Below, piece after piece: positions 19,931 through 29,581 of a stretch of DNA of 64,000 nt. The notes under the pieces were generated by a model. The model worked only from the letters and a program-made list of their open reading frames with translations. It was not told the origin of the DNA and did no database searches. Source of the DNA: Candidatus Pelearchaeum maunauluense. GTDB lineage: Archaea; Thermoproteota; Nitrososphaeria_A; Caldarchaeales; Caldarchaeaceae. The position numbers were made by a program, and so were the translations under genes. The stretch covers positions 1 through 64,000 of the forward strand of contig JANVYQ010000003.1 of the NCBI GenBank assembly GCA_030059675.1. Direction: 5' to 3'. The number at the start of each line of letters is the position of its first letter. Position 1 is the first letter of the stretch.

Positions 19931-20350
19931 ATGAGTTATCAGACAACCGTGAGGGTGAAATTCGGAGATACCGACTGCACCACGCGAGTCTATTTCACCG
20001 CATACTCGCGGTGGCTTGATGACGCTATAATTGAGATGTTCCGCGAGCGCGGCATAACATACGACGAGATGGGCGGGATGATATTCAGGGGCAGTAAGCT
20101 TAGGGAGACTATGGTCGTGGGAGAGTATAGCTGCCGCATAGTAAAGCCCTCATCCTACAACGATATCTTGTTGTTGGAGGTTAAGATACGCGAGATGCGC
20201 GAGAAGGTTATAGTCTTTGACGGCGTCTTCAAAGACCCCGAAAGCGGCGATGTCATGGCTTATGGTAGCATGACATACGTCTGCGTAAACCAGAGCGAGA
20301 TGAAGTCAGCACCCATACCTAAAGAGATTCGTGAAGCTCTGTCAAACTAG
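19931..20350 (+). CDS. Acyl-CoA thioesterase (hotdog fold, YbgC/4HBT-like)
   Basis: VRVKFGDTDCTTRVYFTAYSRWLD; C-terminal SAPIPKEIREAL. Confidence 0.8.
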   Translation: MSYQTTVRVKFGDTDCTTRVYFTAYSRWLDDAIIEMFRERGITYDEMGGMIFRGSKLRETMVVGEYSCRIVKPSSYNDILLLEVKIREMREKVIVFDGVFKDPESGDVMAYGSMTYVCVNQSEMKSAPIPKEIREALSN

Positions 20351-20976
20351 CCTGGGAAGTAGAAGCGTATCCCATCAAGTATGAACTCTATCGCTATAGC
20401 AGCTATAAAGACGGCCATCACGCGGGCTATGACCAGAGAGCCGATACGGCCTATGAGCCTGTAAATCCTGTCTATGAGGCGTAGGACAACCCAGGTGGCT
20501 GCCATAACAACCGCGATTGACGCTATCGCGACAACTATCCCTGAGGATTGTAGCGTTATCATGGTGGTTGTTATGGCTCCTGGCCCTATGAGGAGTGGGA
20601 ACGCTATTGGTACGATACCCACATCTTCGGGGGTTGATGTCTTAACCATCTCCTCGCCGCTTATGAGGGTTCTTATCGCGAGGAGGAGTAGGAGTATGCC
20701 ACCAGCTATCATGAAGCTGTGGAGAGAAATTCCGAATAATGCTAGGAGCTGCTGGCCAGCGAAGGCGAATACGAAGAGAAGGGCTGAGCCAGTGTATATG
20801 GCTAGGTTAAACGCCCTCCGCCTAGCCTCTTTAGACATGCTGAGCGTCAAGCCGAGAAACACGGGAACCTGGCCTAGTGGGTCAACGATAACGAAGAGGG
20901 CGACGACAGCCCTTAGTAGGTCTGGGATAAAGGTCTCCATGCTGGTCAACTTCACCAAACCCGTGGTGGCCGTCAT
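20347..20976 (-). CDS. MarC family membrane protein
   Basis: LFVIVDPLG, AGGILL, VPIAFPLLIGPGAIT. Confidence 0.9.
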   Translation of the reverse strand: MTATTGLVKLTSMETFIPDLLRAVVALFVIVDPLGQVPVFLGLTLSMSKEARRRAFNLAIYTGSALLFVFAFAGQQLLALFGISLHSFMIAGGILLLLLAIRTLISGEEMVKTSTPEDVGIVPIAFPLLIGPGAITTTMITLQSSGIVVAIASIAVVMAATWVVLRLIDRIYRLIGRIGSLVIARVMAVFIAAIAIEFILDGIRFYFPG

Positions 20977-21016
20977 ATTTAATTCTCCATCACCACAGCA
21001 TTACTAGCTAAGGAGG

Positions 21017-21496
21017 GTGGTCGGGGTGGAGCTCTATCTCGTGCAACACGGCGAGGCTAAGCCAGAATCCGAAGACCCCAGCAGGCCGCTTACAGATAAG
21101 GGTAGGAGAGAGACCGAAGCTGTTGCCCGCGTTGCAGCCCGACTAGGATTAAGCCTGAATAAGATATTCCATTCTGGAAAGCTTAGGGCTAGGCAGACGG
21201 CAGAGATAATGGCAGAGCATCTTAAGCCAAGCGGAGGTGTGAGTGAGGCAAGCGGCCTAGCACCCCTAGACAGCCCTGAGAAGGCTATGGAGTTGATAGA
21301 AGCCGAGGGTGGTGGGGTTATGATATGCGGCCACCTCCCACACCTCAGCAGGCTCGTAGCACTACTAACGGTTGGAGACCATGAGAAGACCGTCGTAAAG
21401 TTCCGCTACTCGGCGATAGTTGCGCTCGCGAGAGAGGAAAACAGGTGGGCGGTAAGCTGGATGCTCACTCCAGAACAGGCTGAGCGGCTACTATAA
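21017..21496 (+). CDS. sixA: Phosphohistidine phosphatase SixA
   Basis: LYLVQHGEA, RPLTDKG, HSGKLRARQTA, GHLP. Confidence 0.88.
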   Translation: MVGVELYLVQHGEAKPESEDPSRPLTDKGRRETEAVARVAARLGLSLNKIFHSGKLRARQTAEIMAEHLKPSGGVSEASGLAPLDSPEKAMELIEAEGGGVMICGHLPHLSRLVALLTVGDHEKTVVKFRYSAIVALAREENRWAVSWMLTPEQAERLL

Positions 21497-21558
21497 CAAA
21501 GAGAATGCGAAAATGAGGTAAAGCCAATAACCACCAGCCACGACACGTAGTTGGTAGC

Positions 21559-21852
21559 ATGTCTGATTATCGTAAGCTCTCGGAAGAGGCGATAAGAAGC
21601 GAGTTGGAGAAGCTGAGCGGATGGTCTCTCACAGACGGAAAGCTGAAGAAGACCTACGAGTTCAAAGATTTCGGAGAGGCGTTCGCCTTCATGACGCGCG
21701 TAGCCCTTGAAGCGGAGAAGATGAACCACCACCCAGAATGGTTTAACGTCTATAACAATGTAGTGATAGAGCTGACTACCCACGATGTAGGCGGCATAAG
21801 CAACTATGACTTTAAGCTCGCAAGGCGTATTGACGAGATTGTTAGAAGATGA
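21559..21852 (+). CDS. phhB: Pterin-4-alpha-carbinolamine dehydratase
   Basis: [26 protein letters not shown]. Confidence 0.92.
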   Translation: MSDYRKLSEEAIRSELEKLSGWSLTDGKLKKTYEFKDFGEAFAFMTRVALEAEKMNHHPEWFNVYNNVVIELTTHDVGGISNYDFKLARRIDEIVRR

Positions 21853-22563
21853 GCATGACCTCATCGCCTATTCTGATTTTTCCAGGCCTTCTTACCACGC
21901 AGTAGATTCCGAAGCTCCCGCCGTGGTGTTCCCTGAGGTATTCCAGTATCTCTCTTACTGGTGGAAGCTCTCCCTGGGGTAGTGTAGTCATCACGCAGCG
22001 CTTGCATGGCTTCTTGACATAAAGCTCTGCCCGCCTATACGGAGATTACCTCCAACCCATGAGAGCTCCTCCAACTCCTGTTCATTCTCCACAACTATAT
22101 TCGGCTTGAACCTCCTACGGTCAACGCCCGTGCTGGGAAGGTTGGTGTTCAACATGGATAGGGATTTGGTGGTTATGAGGTGGATATGCGTAGAATCGTG
22201 GTAGGGCTCGCCCCCTCTTGAGTTTATAAGCCTTGCACGCCTTCCAAGTAGCTGGCTCAAACGACGCGCAGCGCCGCTCATAGTCTCCACCTCATAGCCG
22301 TCTGGTAGTGTTATGGCGACTTGCGGAGGGTCGCTCTGTAGCGGCTCTCCCACATACCTGGCGGAGCAGCTTAGGAGTATTCCGTAAGCCGTGGGGTTTT
22401 TGGCGCTGGCTATCCCGCCCATCTCCTCGTCAAAGACCGCATAAACCCTATCACCCACGACGCCGTGCTTATCTACGTAAAGCTCCTCCAGAGACTCGCC
22501 GCTCATAGATTTGACTGGATAGCGCCAGAGCTCAGCAACCCTGCCCACAACCTCGCCTGACAA
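21842..22563 (-). pseudogene. MOSC-domain protein, frameshifted near 22030
   Basis: LWRYPVKSM..E, GDR, RRFKPNIVV; adding one G at GGCGGGCAG restores GAELYVKKPCKRCVMTT...FGIYCVVRRPGKIRIGDEV. Confidence 0.8.
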
Positions 22564-22636
22564 CAGCGAGAAGACATGCGAGGAATTTTAAAGGATTCAA
22601 CAAGAACGCATACACCCCACGTGGGGGAGTGGAAGC

Positions 22637-23347
22637 ATGGTACTGCTGGAGCTTGGAGAGCTACTGCTGATAGTTGAGCTGATACTGCTCATACTCACGG
22701 TATACCTCGTGGCCATAAGCTTGCGAGAGGCCAGACAGAGGTCAAAGCTTGTTGAACAGCAAGTCCATGCTACGCGCACGTTCAGCAGGGCTGAGTACTT
22801 CACAACGGTAATGGAAGCCCTAGGCGAGGCCACCAGCTATGTCTATGCAACAGTTACGGGAACTATGCCACGCGAGGAGGAGCGGGAGACGATTGACCGC
22901 CTCCTAGAGCAGTTCAGGAGAGCCGCCAAATCAGGGGTTAAGCTAAAGCTCCTACTACCAAAAGACCCGACAAGGCTACACATGGGCTATCGCTACGTGG
23001 AGGCTGGCGCAGAAGTGAGGTATAGCCCATCCCTCCTCGTCAGCGAGCTCCGCTACATGGTTGTGGACGGGCATACGACGATACTCGGCCTCCCAGAGAG
23101 GCGCGGCATAGAAGAACCCACACGAAAAGGGCATAGAATATACTCCGAGGGGCTTTCACTCCTCTTCAAGGAGCGTTTTGAGAAGATGTGGTCCTCAGAG
23201 TCCTCAGTAAGCTATGAAGACTACCTACGCCAGGCTGTGGAAGAAGCTATGGCGAGCACGCCAGGCGTGTCGGAGGAGCATTTGGCTACCCTCCTCAACG
23301 TGCCGCCAAAAGAGATTAGGGAAGTCATGAGAAGACGCGAACGCTAG
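22637..23347 (+). CDS. Membrane-anchored protein with PLD/TrmB-like domain and C-terminal HTH-like segment
   Basis: N-terminal hydrophobic helix; GVKLKLL...GAEVR...RYMVVDG...FEKMW; EEHLATLLNVPPKEIRE. Confidence 0.55.
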   Translation: MVLLELGELLLIVELILLILTVYLVAISLREARQRSKLVEQQVHATRTFSRAEYFTTVMEALGEATSYVYATVTGTMPREEERETIDRLLEQFRRAAKSGVKLKLLLPKDPTRLHMGYRYVEAGAEVRYSPSLLVSELRYMVVDGHTTILGLPERRGIEEPTRKGHRIYSEGLSLLFKERFEKMWSSESSVSYEDYLRQAVEEAMASTPGVSEEHLATLLNVPPKEIREVMRRRER

Positions 23348-23855
23348 GAACAACCTCAACGCTGTGAGCGAGTGTATTGACTATCGGCGACCTCCTCAGA
23401 GCCTCGTCAAAGAGATGCTTGACAGTATCCTCATCCGCGTCGGCTCTCACGTATGCTGTCAAGCTTATGCGCCTGAATCCAGAATGCCCCTCATCGCTCA
23501 AGGCTAGGAAGACGTTCATATTATCTATCTCTCCCTCAAGAGCAACTTCTAGGTCGTGGATATTTACTCCGCGTAGTGTGGCGAGGAAGACGAAGCCAAC
23601 GACCACGCAAGCGCCTAAGGCGCCCAAAACGTATTCCACAGAGGTTGGCGTGGAGCCGCGTTCAGGCCCTATGCCCTCATCCACCTCAAACCTCCCAGCA
23701 CCAGCTCTAACACCTGAGCGGAGGCCACCAGACCAGAAAGCCCTTGCACGCCTAACGTTCATCAGCCTACGCTTCCCAGCATCGCGCGACTGCTCCTCAA
23801 CAACACGCAAAGCCTCGCGAAGAGCATCAACATCAACACCATTAACCACAACCAT
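23325..23855 (-). CDS. OsmC/Ohr family protein
   Basis: PTSVEYVLGALGAC, SPIVNTL. Confidence 0.85.
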   Translation of the reverse strand: MVVVNGVDVDALREALRVVEEQSRDAGKRRLMNVRRARAFWSGGLRSGVRAGAGRFEVDEGIGPERGSTPTSVEYVLGALGACVVVGFVFLATLRGVNIHDLEVALEGEIDNMNVFLALSDEGHSGFRRISLTAYVRADADEDTVKHLFDEALRRSPIVNTLAHSVEVVPSVRVFS

Positions 23856-23867
23856 ACAAAAAACAAC

Positions 23868-24210
23868 CTATATCCTGATTATGTGTTTTCCCGCTCTCCT
23901 CAGGTATGGCTCAGCCTCGCTCCCCCCTTGCTATGTGTAGCTCAAATGGGTGGTAGTATGGGAGGCCTGCCCTCCTCTCTATCTCAACCTTTATACGCGC
24001 CCTCCCCAACATATCCTCTGGCATCTCATTAGATATTACAAGTATATCGACGTCGCTTGCCGCTATGTGCTCTCCTCTGGCTACGCTGCCGAAGACGAGA
24101 ACCTCCGCGTCTGGGAGAACCTCTCTAATCGCGTCTGCCAGCTTCTCGGCATAGCGCCTCCAGTTCGTAACCATCTCAGCCCGAAGCCTAGCGGCCTCCA
24201 TAAGACTCAA
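23868..24210 (-). pseudogene. Minimal nucleotidyltransferase (MNT antitoxin), +1 frameshift in a G6 run near the 3' end; HEPN partner missing
   Basis: VFGSVARG..ASDVDILV...PFELH; removing one G gives SEAEPYLRRAGKHIIRI*. Confidence 0.72.
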
Positions 24211-24304
24211 GACCCAATCACCTCATCTATAAGATGAATCAACTCGCTAGTATTGTGTTGTTTAACGCTTATTTACTTCCACTTACTAGGTATGTGGTGG
24301 CGGG

Positions 24305-25057
24305 ATGAAGAAGCTGGTTAGCATGGAGGAGGCTGTTAGGCTGGTTAGGGATGGTTCTTCAATCACGATTAGCGGTATGTCGTTCTACCGTAATCCTATG
24401 GCGTTTATCTTCACCTTAGAGAAGGCTGGGGTTCGCGGGCTGGAGTTCATAGACCGCGAGCCTGGTGTGGGCGTGGAATACATGATTAAGGCTGGAATGG
24501 TTAGGCGCGTGAGGGCTGCTATGGTTACGTTGGAGTGGTTCGGAATTCCCATGCATTTCAGGAGAGCCGTTGAGCGTGGCGAGGTTGAGTTCCTGGAAGA
24601 TACCTGCGGAGCCTTCATGGCTGGAATACGCGCGGGAGCATTCGGCCTACCCTTCATGCCAGTAAGAGGAGTGCTAGGCTCGGACTTGGTGAAGCTGCAT
24701 GAAGAGGCTGGGACGTGGAAGCAGGTTCCAGACCCGTTTAATGGTGGCGATATCCTGTTAGTCAAGGCCATAATACCCGACGTGGCTGTGATACACTGCC
24801 ACAGGTCTGATGAGCGTGGGAATGCGGAGATAGAAGGTCCGCTCTACGAGGATGAATACAAAGCCAAGGCCGCCAAGACAGTGATAATAACAGCCGAGGA
24901 GATAGTGGATGAAGACTATTTCAGAGGTAGGAGGCCGACGATTCACGCCGAGTATGTATCGGCGGTCGTCCACGCCCCTGGGGGAGCTAAGCCGACGGGA
25001 ATATACAATAGGTATGATGCTGACTTTGAGGCTGTCTGGGACCTGTTGAGCGGCTAG
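24305..25057 (+). CDS. Family I CoA-transferase alpha subunit (GctA-like)
   Basis: KLVSMEEAV, RNPMA, AGAFGLPFMP, PDVAVIH..RSDERGNA, VIITAEEIV. Confidence 0.88.
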   Translation: MKKLVSMEEAVRLVRDGSSITISGMSFYRNPMAFIFTLEKAGVRGLEFIDREPGVGVEYMIKAGMVRRVRAAMVTLEWFGIPMHFRRAVERGEVEFLEDTCGAFMAGIRAGAFGLPFMPVRGVLGSDLVKLHEEAGTWKQVPDPFNGGDILLVKAIIPDVAVIHCHRSDERGNAEIEGPLYEDEYKAKAAKTVIITAEEIVDEDYFRGRRPTIHAEYVSAVVHAPGGAKPTGIYNRYDADFEAVWDLLSG

Positions 25058-25797
25058 TAGAACGCCTTCAGCCTAAGCTCATCTGGGTCCAACGTGCTTA
25101 TGAGCGCCTTCTCCTCCTCGTTCGGGGGCCGTGTGGTTGATACGTCGCCGACGACAAACTCAAACCCAGTATTCTCCTTGACATCATCTACGCTAGCCCA
25201 TGGGTGAAGAGCTTCAAGAACCCACTTGGAGAGGCTCCTATCGTATCTGAAGCAGCAGAGGTTTGTGCATAACCATACCTCATTATCAGAGTTCTTCGCC
25301 GTGGCTGTTATGAAATCAACCCTGCTCACCAGGCCGCGTTTGCTGTGCTTTGTGTTCCAGAATATCATCTTCTTTATGAGCGGAACTATGAACGCCGACG
25401 CGGCTCCCCCAGTTAGCCTTACGCGGGGCTTCTCGTAGCTCCCTATGACTGAGAGGTTTATGTTGGTCTCTCCATCAACCTGGACTGGGCCTAGAAACAT
25501 AACGTCTATAGCGCCTTTCTGCACTAGGTCAAACGCTTCAACGGTTATGAACACCGTCCCCGTAGCTGCTAGGGCTGGGTCTCCCGTGGATTGCTTCAGC
25601 CTAATCCTCTCCAGCTCTGGGTTATGCGTCTCTGCTACCGTGTATATTGAGAGTCGTTTTCCATGTATTATCCTCGCTACAGCCGCAGCCAGGAGGGGGA
25701 CGTATGAGTTGAGCCCTATGAATATACGCTCACCATCCCTGAGCATGGAAGCTACGGTAACAATCATGTGGTCTGCTACTTCCCTGGCATCTACCAC
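25054..25797 (-). CDS. Family I CoA-transferase beta subunit (GctB-like)
   Basis: LRDGERIFIG, DVMFLG..QVD..NINLSVIG..P.VRL.GG, LHP..SVDDVKENTGF, LDP. Confidence 0.88.
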   Translation of the reverse strand: MVDAREVADHMIVTVASMLRDGERIFIGLNSYVPLLAAAVARIIHGKRLSIYTVAETHNPELERIRLKQSTGDPALAATGTVFITVEAFDLVQKGAIDVMFLGPVQVDGETNINLSVIGSYEKPRVRLTGGAASAFIVPLIKKMIFWNTKHSKRGLVSRVDFITATAKNSDNEVWLCTNLCCFRYDRSLSKWVLEALHPWASVDDVKENTGFEFVVGDVSTTRPPNEEEKALISTLDPDELRLKAFY

Positions 25798-25838
25798 CTC
25801 AGGCCACCTACTACAAGTAGAGCTTTCCTCTTTTTATC

Positions 25839-26630
25839 TCAGCATCCCCACCCAGGCTTGACAAGCCCGCCGTGAAGCTCGGATATCTTCTGGGCGTTCA
25901 TGAGGCTAAACCCTATGCTTCGGAGTATATTCACCCGCGCTGTATGGGCTTCCTCCTGGGCTAGTGTAAGCCGCTGCATACCAAGCTCAACACGTGCCTC
26001 CTCGTTGCCCCCGCCTAGAAGCGCGGCAAGCTTCTCCTGCATATCTTTATCCGTCATCGCCCAAAAACCAAGAATATGGCTGGCCTTCTCCAGCGTCTTG
26101 AGATATCTTCCCTGCTCGCCGCTAATGCTATCCCTGCCAATCACCCGCTTCAGAAAATCTACATGCCTCTCTTCATCCCTCCTAACAATACTAACAACCT
26201 CCAAAGCGTCAGTGTCAAGCCCAGCTTCTCCAACTATACGCAAAACCGTTGCTAGGGAGTTTTTCGCCAAGAGGAGGAGTAGCTGAAGACCATTTTTATC
26301 AAGCCCCGCTATGGGCTCCAGCTCTGGAGCATTTACATGCCCTTCACCATCACGACGCAGGGCTGATAAGAGTAGTATATGCGCAGCATCGTCAAGCGTC
26401 AGCTCCCTAAGCTCTGCCCGAAGCTCCAGCGATAATATAGACGCCTCAACCATTATCAAGTGATATAATACGGTGTTAAAAGGGTCTGATAGCTCCTGTG
26501 GTATGCTGGATTTTCTCTCCTTAAGCTTTTGTAGAGTTGCTGCTATGTTTTCTCTAGCGCTTGACTCAAGCTCGCCCAGCTCATCACTAGGTGCATCAAC
26601 ACCCAGTCTGCGGATTATCTCGGCTAGCAT
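25839..26630 (-). CDS. Ferritin-like domain hypothetical protein
   Basis: Helical protein with IVRRDEERH, RRDGEGH and EEAH motifs. Confidence 0.5.
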   Translation of the reverse strand: MLAEIIRRLGVDAPSDELGELESSARENIAATLQKLKERKSSIPQELSDPFNTVLYHLIMVEASILSLELRAELRELTLDDAAHILLLSALRRDGEGHVNAPELEPIAGLDKNGLQLLLLLAKNSLATVLRIVGEAGLDTDALEVVSIVRRDEERHVDFLKRVIGRDSISGEQGRYLKTLEKASHILGFWAMTDKDMQEKLAALLGGGNEEARVELGMQRLTLAQEEAHTARVNILRSIGFSLMNAQKISELHGGLVKPGWGC

Positions 26631-26651
26631 AGCACCACCATCTCCAGGCTA

Positions 26652-28571
26652 TTAAAGCGCCTTCCGAAGCTCCTCTATAGCCTTCCTAACCTCCTCAACG
26701 CTTGACTCATCCTCAAGGGTTGAGACATCTCCAGTATCCTGGTTGAGCAGCACGGCGCGGATTACGCGGCGCATTATCTTACCCGTCCGCGTCCTGGGAA
26801 GCTTATCAACTATATTCACATAGCCTACTACGGCGACGGGGCCTATTTCCCTTCGTATCAACTGCATTATCTCGTCGGCCGTCTTCTCCTTATCCACCGC
26901 TAACCCAACCTTAGGGGTTGCGAGTATGGCTATAACGTCTCCCTTCTGGGGGTCTGGGACAGAAACCACGGCGGCCTCCGCAACCGCTGGATGCTGCATG
27001 ACCACGCTCTCTATATCGGCAGGCCCAAGCCTGTGGCCAGCAACCTTAAGCACATCGTCAACACGCCCAAGAATATACACGTATCCGTCCTCGTCTATGT
27101 ATCCGTAATCGCCTGTAAGGTAGATTCCGTTGAACCTCTTCCAGTATGTATCCACGTAGCGCTGTGGGTCTCCCCACACGCTATACATGAAGGCAGGCGG
27201 TACGGGTGGTAGTATAACCACGTTACCGCGGCTTCGTGCTGGGAGTTCCGAGCCGTTCTCGTCTAGGATTTTTATGTGTATTCCTGGGTATGGGAGACCT
27301 ACAGAGCCTTCGCGGTAGCATATTCCACCAACGAGGCCGAAGCCTCCTGGAGCAGCTATGAAGCCGCTGTTCTCCGTCTGGCCCCACGTCTCTATTATGT
27401 GGCAGTCATCTCTTCCACGCGCCACGTTATCCATGAGCCACCGCCACGCCTCCATGCCTAGAATCTCCCCCGCGCTGACCAAGAGCTTAAGAGAATTGAT
27501 CGAGTAGCGGCGCGGTATATCATCACCATACCGCATAAGAAGCCTAACGCCAGTAGGAGCAACCCACATGGAGGATACGCCGTATGTATCTATAATCTCC
27601 CACCAAATACCTGGATGCGGGTGGTCTGGCGCATCCTCATACCACAAGACAGTAGCGCCGTTAAGTAAAGGCCCATAAGTGCTGTAGCTGTGGCCGTTTA
27701 TCCATCCTATATCTGGTGTGGAGGAGAAGACATCGTTATCACCCCAGCCGAAGAGCCACTTATTATGAGCGTAAGCCCACACGGTATATGCTCCGTGCAG
27801 ATGCACAACACCCTTCGGCTTACCCGTGGTTCCAGAGGTATAGAGTATGAAGAGCGGCTCTTCTGCGCTTAATTTTTCAGGCTCCACATAGGCATTGGTT
27901 GGTGTATAGCCTATTAGCTCATGATACCACGAATCCCGGCCTCCCTGCATTTTAACGTCAGGAAGACCAACGCGCCTACACACTATCACATGCTCTACGC
28001 TGCCAGCTCTCTTAAGCGCCTCGTCAACGATTTCCTTCAATCTGATTATCTTCCCCCTCCTATACATCGCATCAACAGTTATGACGAACCTTGAGTTGGA
28101 GTCGTTGATTCTATCCGCGAGGGCTTGGACTCCAAAGCCTCTGAAGACTACGCTATGGACTGCGCCCAGCCGCGCTATCGCTAACAGGGCGAACATGGCT
28201 TCTGGCATCATGGGCATGTAGATAGTAGCCCTATCCCCGCGTCTCATACAAAGCTTCTTGAGCGAGTAGGCGAGTCTATTCACCTCGCGTAGCACGTCCC
28301 GGTATGTCAAAACCCGTGTTGAGCCGTCGCTGCCCACCCAGATTAACGCCGCCTTATTCGCCTTACCATCCCTAACATGCCTATCCAAGGCGTTGTGGGT
28401 TATGTTTATCCTACCTCCCACATACCAACGATAGAACGGTGGGTTTGAGTCGTCAAGAGTTATCTCCCAACGCGAGAACCACTCCAGCTCCTCCGCGACA
28501 CGGCTCCAGAAGCCTACTCGGTCTCGTATAGACTCTTCCCATACAACCCTATGCCGCTCAACTAATCCCAT
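26652..28571 (-). CDS. acs: Acetyl-CoA synthetase (AMP-forming)
   Basis: YTSGTTGKPKGV, DIGWINGHSY, WGQTE, YLTGD, GRVDD, LPRTRTGKIMRR. Confidence 0.9.
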   Translation of the reverse strand: MGLVERHRVVWEESIRDRVGFWSRVAEELEWFSRWEITLDDSNPPFYRWYVGGRINITHNALDRHVRDGKANKAALIWVGSDGSTRVLTYRDVLREVNRLAYSLKKLCMRRGDRATIYMPMMPEAMFALLAIARLGAVHSVVFRGFGVQALADRINDSNSRFVITVDAMYRRGKIIRLKEIVDEALKRAGSVEHVIVCRRVGLPDVKMQGGRDSWYHELIGYTPTNAYVEPEKLSAEEPLFILYTSGTTGKPKGVVHLHGAYTVWAYAHNKWLFGWGDNDVFSSTPDIGWINGHSYSTYGPLLNGATVLWYEDAPDHPHPGIWWEIIDTYGVSSMWVAPTGVRLLMRYGDDIPRRYSINSLKLLVSAGEILGMEAWRWLMDNVARGRDDCHIIETWGQTENSGFIAAPGGFGLVGGICYREGSVGLPYPGIHIKILDENGSELPARSRGNVVILPPVPPAFMYSVWGDPQRYVDTYWKRFNGIYLTGDYGYIDEDGYVYILGRVDDVLKVAGHRLGPADIESVVMQHPAVAEAAVVSVPDPQKGDVIAILATPKVGLAVDKEKTADEIMQLIRREIGPVAVVGYVNIVDKLPRTRTGKIMRRVIRAVLLNQDTGDVSTLEDESSVEEVRKAIEELRKAL

Positions 28572-28617
28572 TCTAAGAAAGGCGATATACAGCGAGTATA
28601 TAATAAATAATCCTAAG

Positions 28618-29166
28618 CTAAGAGATTCTTCTAAAGACACCTATTCTCCTAAGCCTGTGCGCTAGGGCAGCGGCAAGTATAGCTTTGACCAAGTCAATAG
28701 GTATGAATGCCGCGGCACCTACTTGGAAGACATGCGCAAACGTTGTGGGGGTGTTGGCTATTATGTTAAGCCAGTAGTATAGCCAGAGTAGTCCGAGTGC
28801 GTATATCACTGATAGCGCCACTATTGATGCTAATGCTAGACGTAAAAATCCCGCGTGTGTTGTTGTTTTTGCTATGTATCCTGCCATAGCCGCCGCTAGG
28901 GGAAACGCGATGAGATAGCCGGCGGTTGGTCTTAGCAGCCCCGCGGAAAACCCTGAGAATACAGGAACACCAAGGGCTCCCAACGCTATATAGACAAGCA
29001 TTGCTGAAAAACCAAGGCGCGGGCCTAGGAGAAGGCCCGACAGGAGGACGAAGAAGACCTGTAACGTGAATGGCACGGGCGCTAGTGGTATTGTAACCCA
29101 GGCACCCACAGCTGTGAGCGCCGCGAAGAAGCCAGCTAAAACTGCCGCAACACTCTTAGAATTCAT
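28618..29166 (-). CDS. bioY: Biotin ECF transporter S component
   Basis: VPFTLQ, G.LG.PVFSG, PTAGYLIAF, DLVKA. Confidence 0.9.
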   Translation of the reverse strand: MNSKSVAAVLAGFFAALTAVGAWVTIPLAPVPFTLQVFFVLLSGLLLGPRLGFSAMLVYIALGALGVPVFSGFSAGLLRPTAGYLIAFPLAAAMAGYIAKTTTHAGFLRLALASIVALSVIYALGLLWLYYWLNIIANTPTTFAHVFQVGAAAFIPIDLVKAILAAALAHRLRRIGVFRRIS

Positions 29167-29169
29167 GAT

Positions 29170-29556
29170 TCAAATATACACCTGCACCCTCTCAACAATA
29201 TCACGAATGGAAAGAACACCAATAACGCGCTCACTATTGTCCGTTACTGGCAGATGCCTAAACCTATGCGTAGCCATTATGTTCTTGGCCTCTGCTATGC
29301 TTGTCATCTCATTAACTGTTATTGGGTTCTTGGTCATGTAGTCCTTAACAAGAGATGTGCTCTCCACATCATTCGCGAAAAGTCTGACAAAATCTCGCTC
29401 TGTTAGTATCCCTATGCATCTGCCATCATCATCCAACACCAGAACGCAACCTACATCGCTTGTTGTCATTTTGAGGGCAGCATCCTTGAGCGTCTCGTCC
29501 TCTCTAACCCAGATTATCTTCCGCGTCATCACATCGCCGACGGTGAGCGGTGCCAT
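29170..29556 (-). CDS. CBS-domain pair protein
   Basis: VGDVMT, GILTERD, FRHLPV, GVLSIRD. Confidence 0.9.
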   Translation of the reverse strand: MAPLTVGDVMTRKIIWVREDETLKDAALKMTTSDVGCVLVLDDDGRCIGILTERDFVRLFANDVESTSLVKDYMTKNPITVNEMTSIAEAKNIMATHRFRHLPVTDNSERVIGVLSIRDIVERVQVYI

Positions 29557-29581
29557 GAGCCTAGATTAGGGAAGGTTATGT

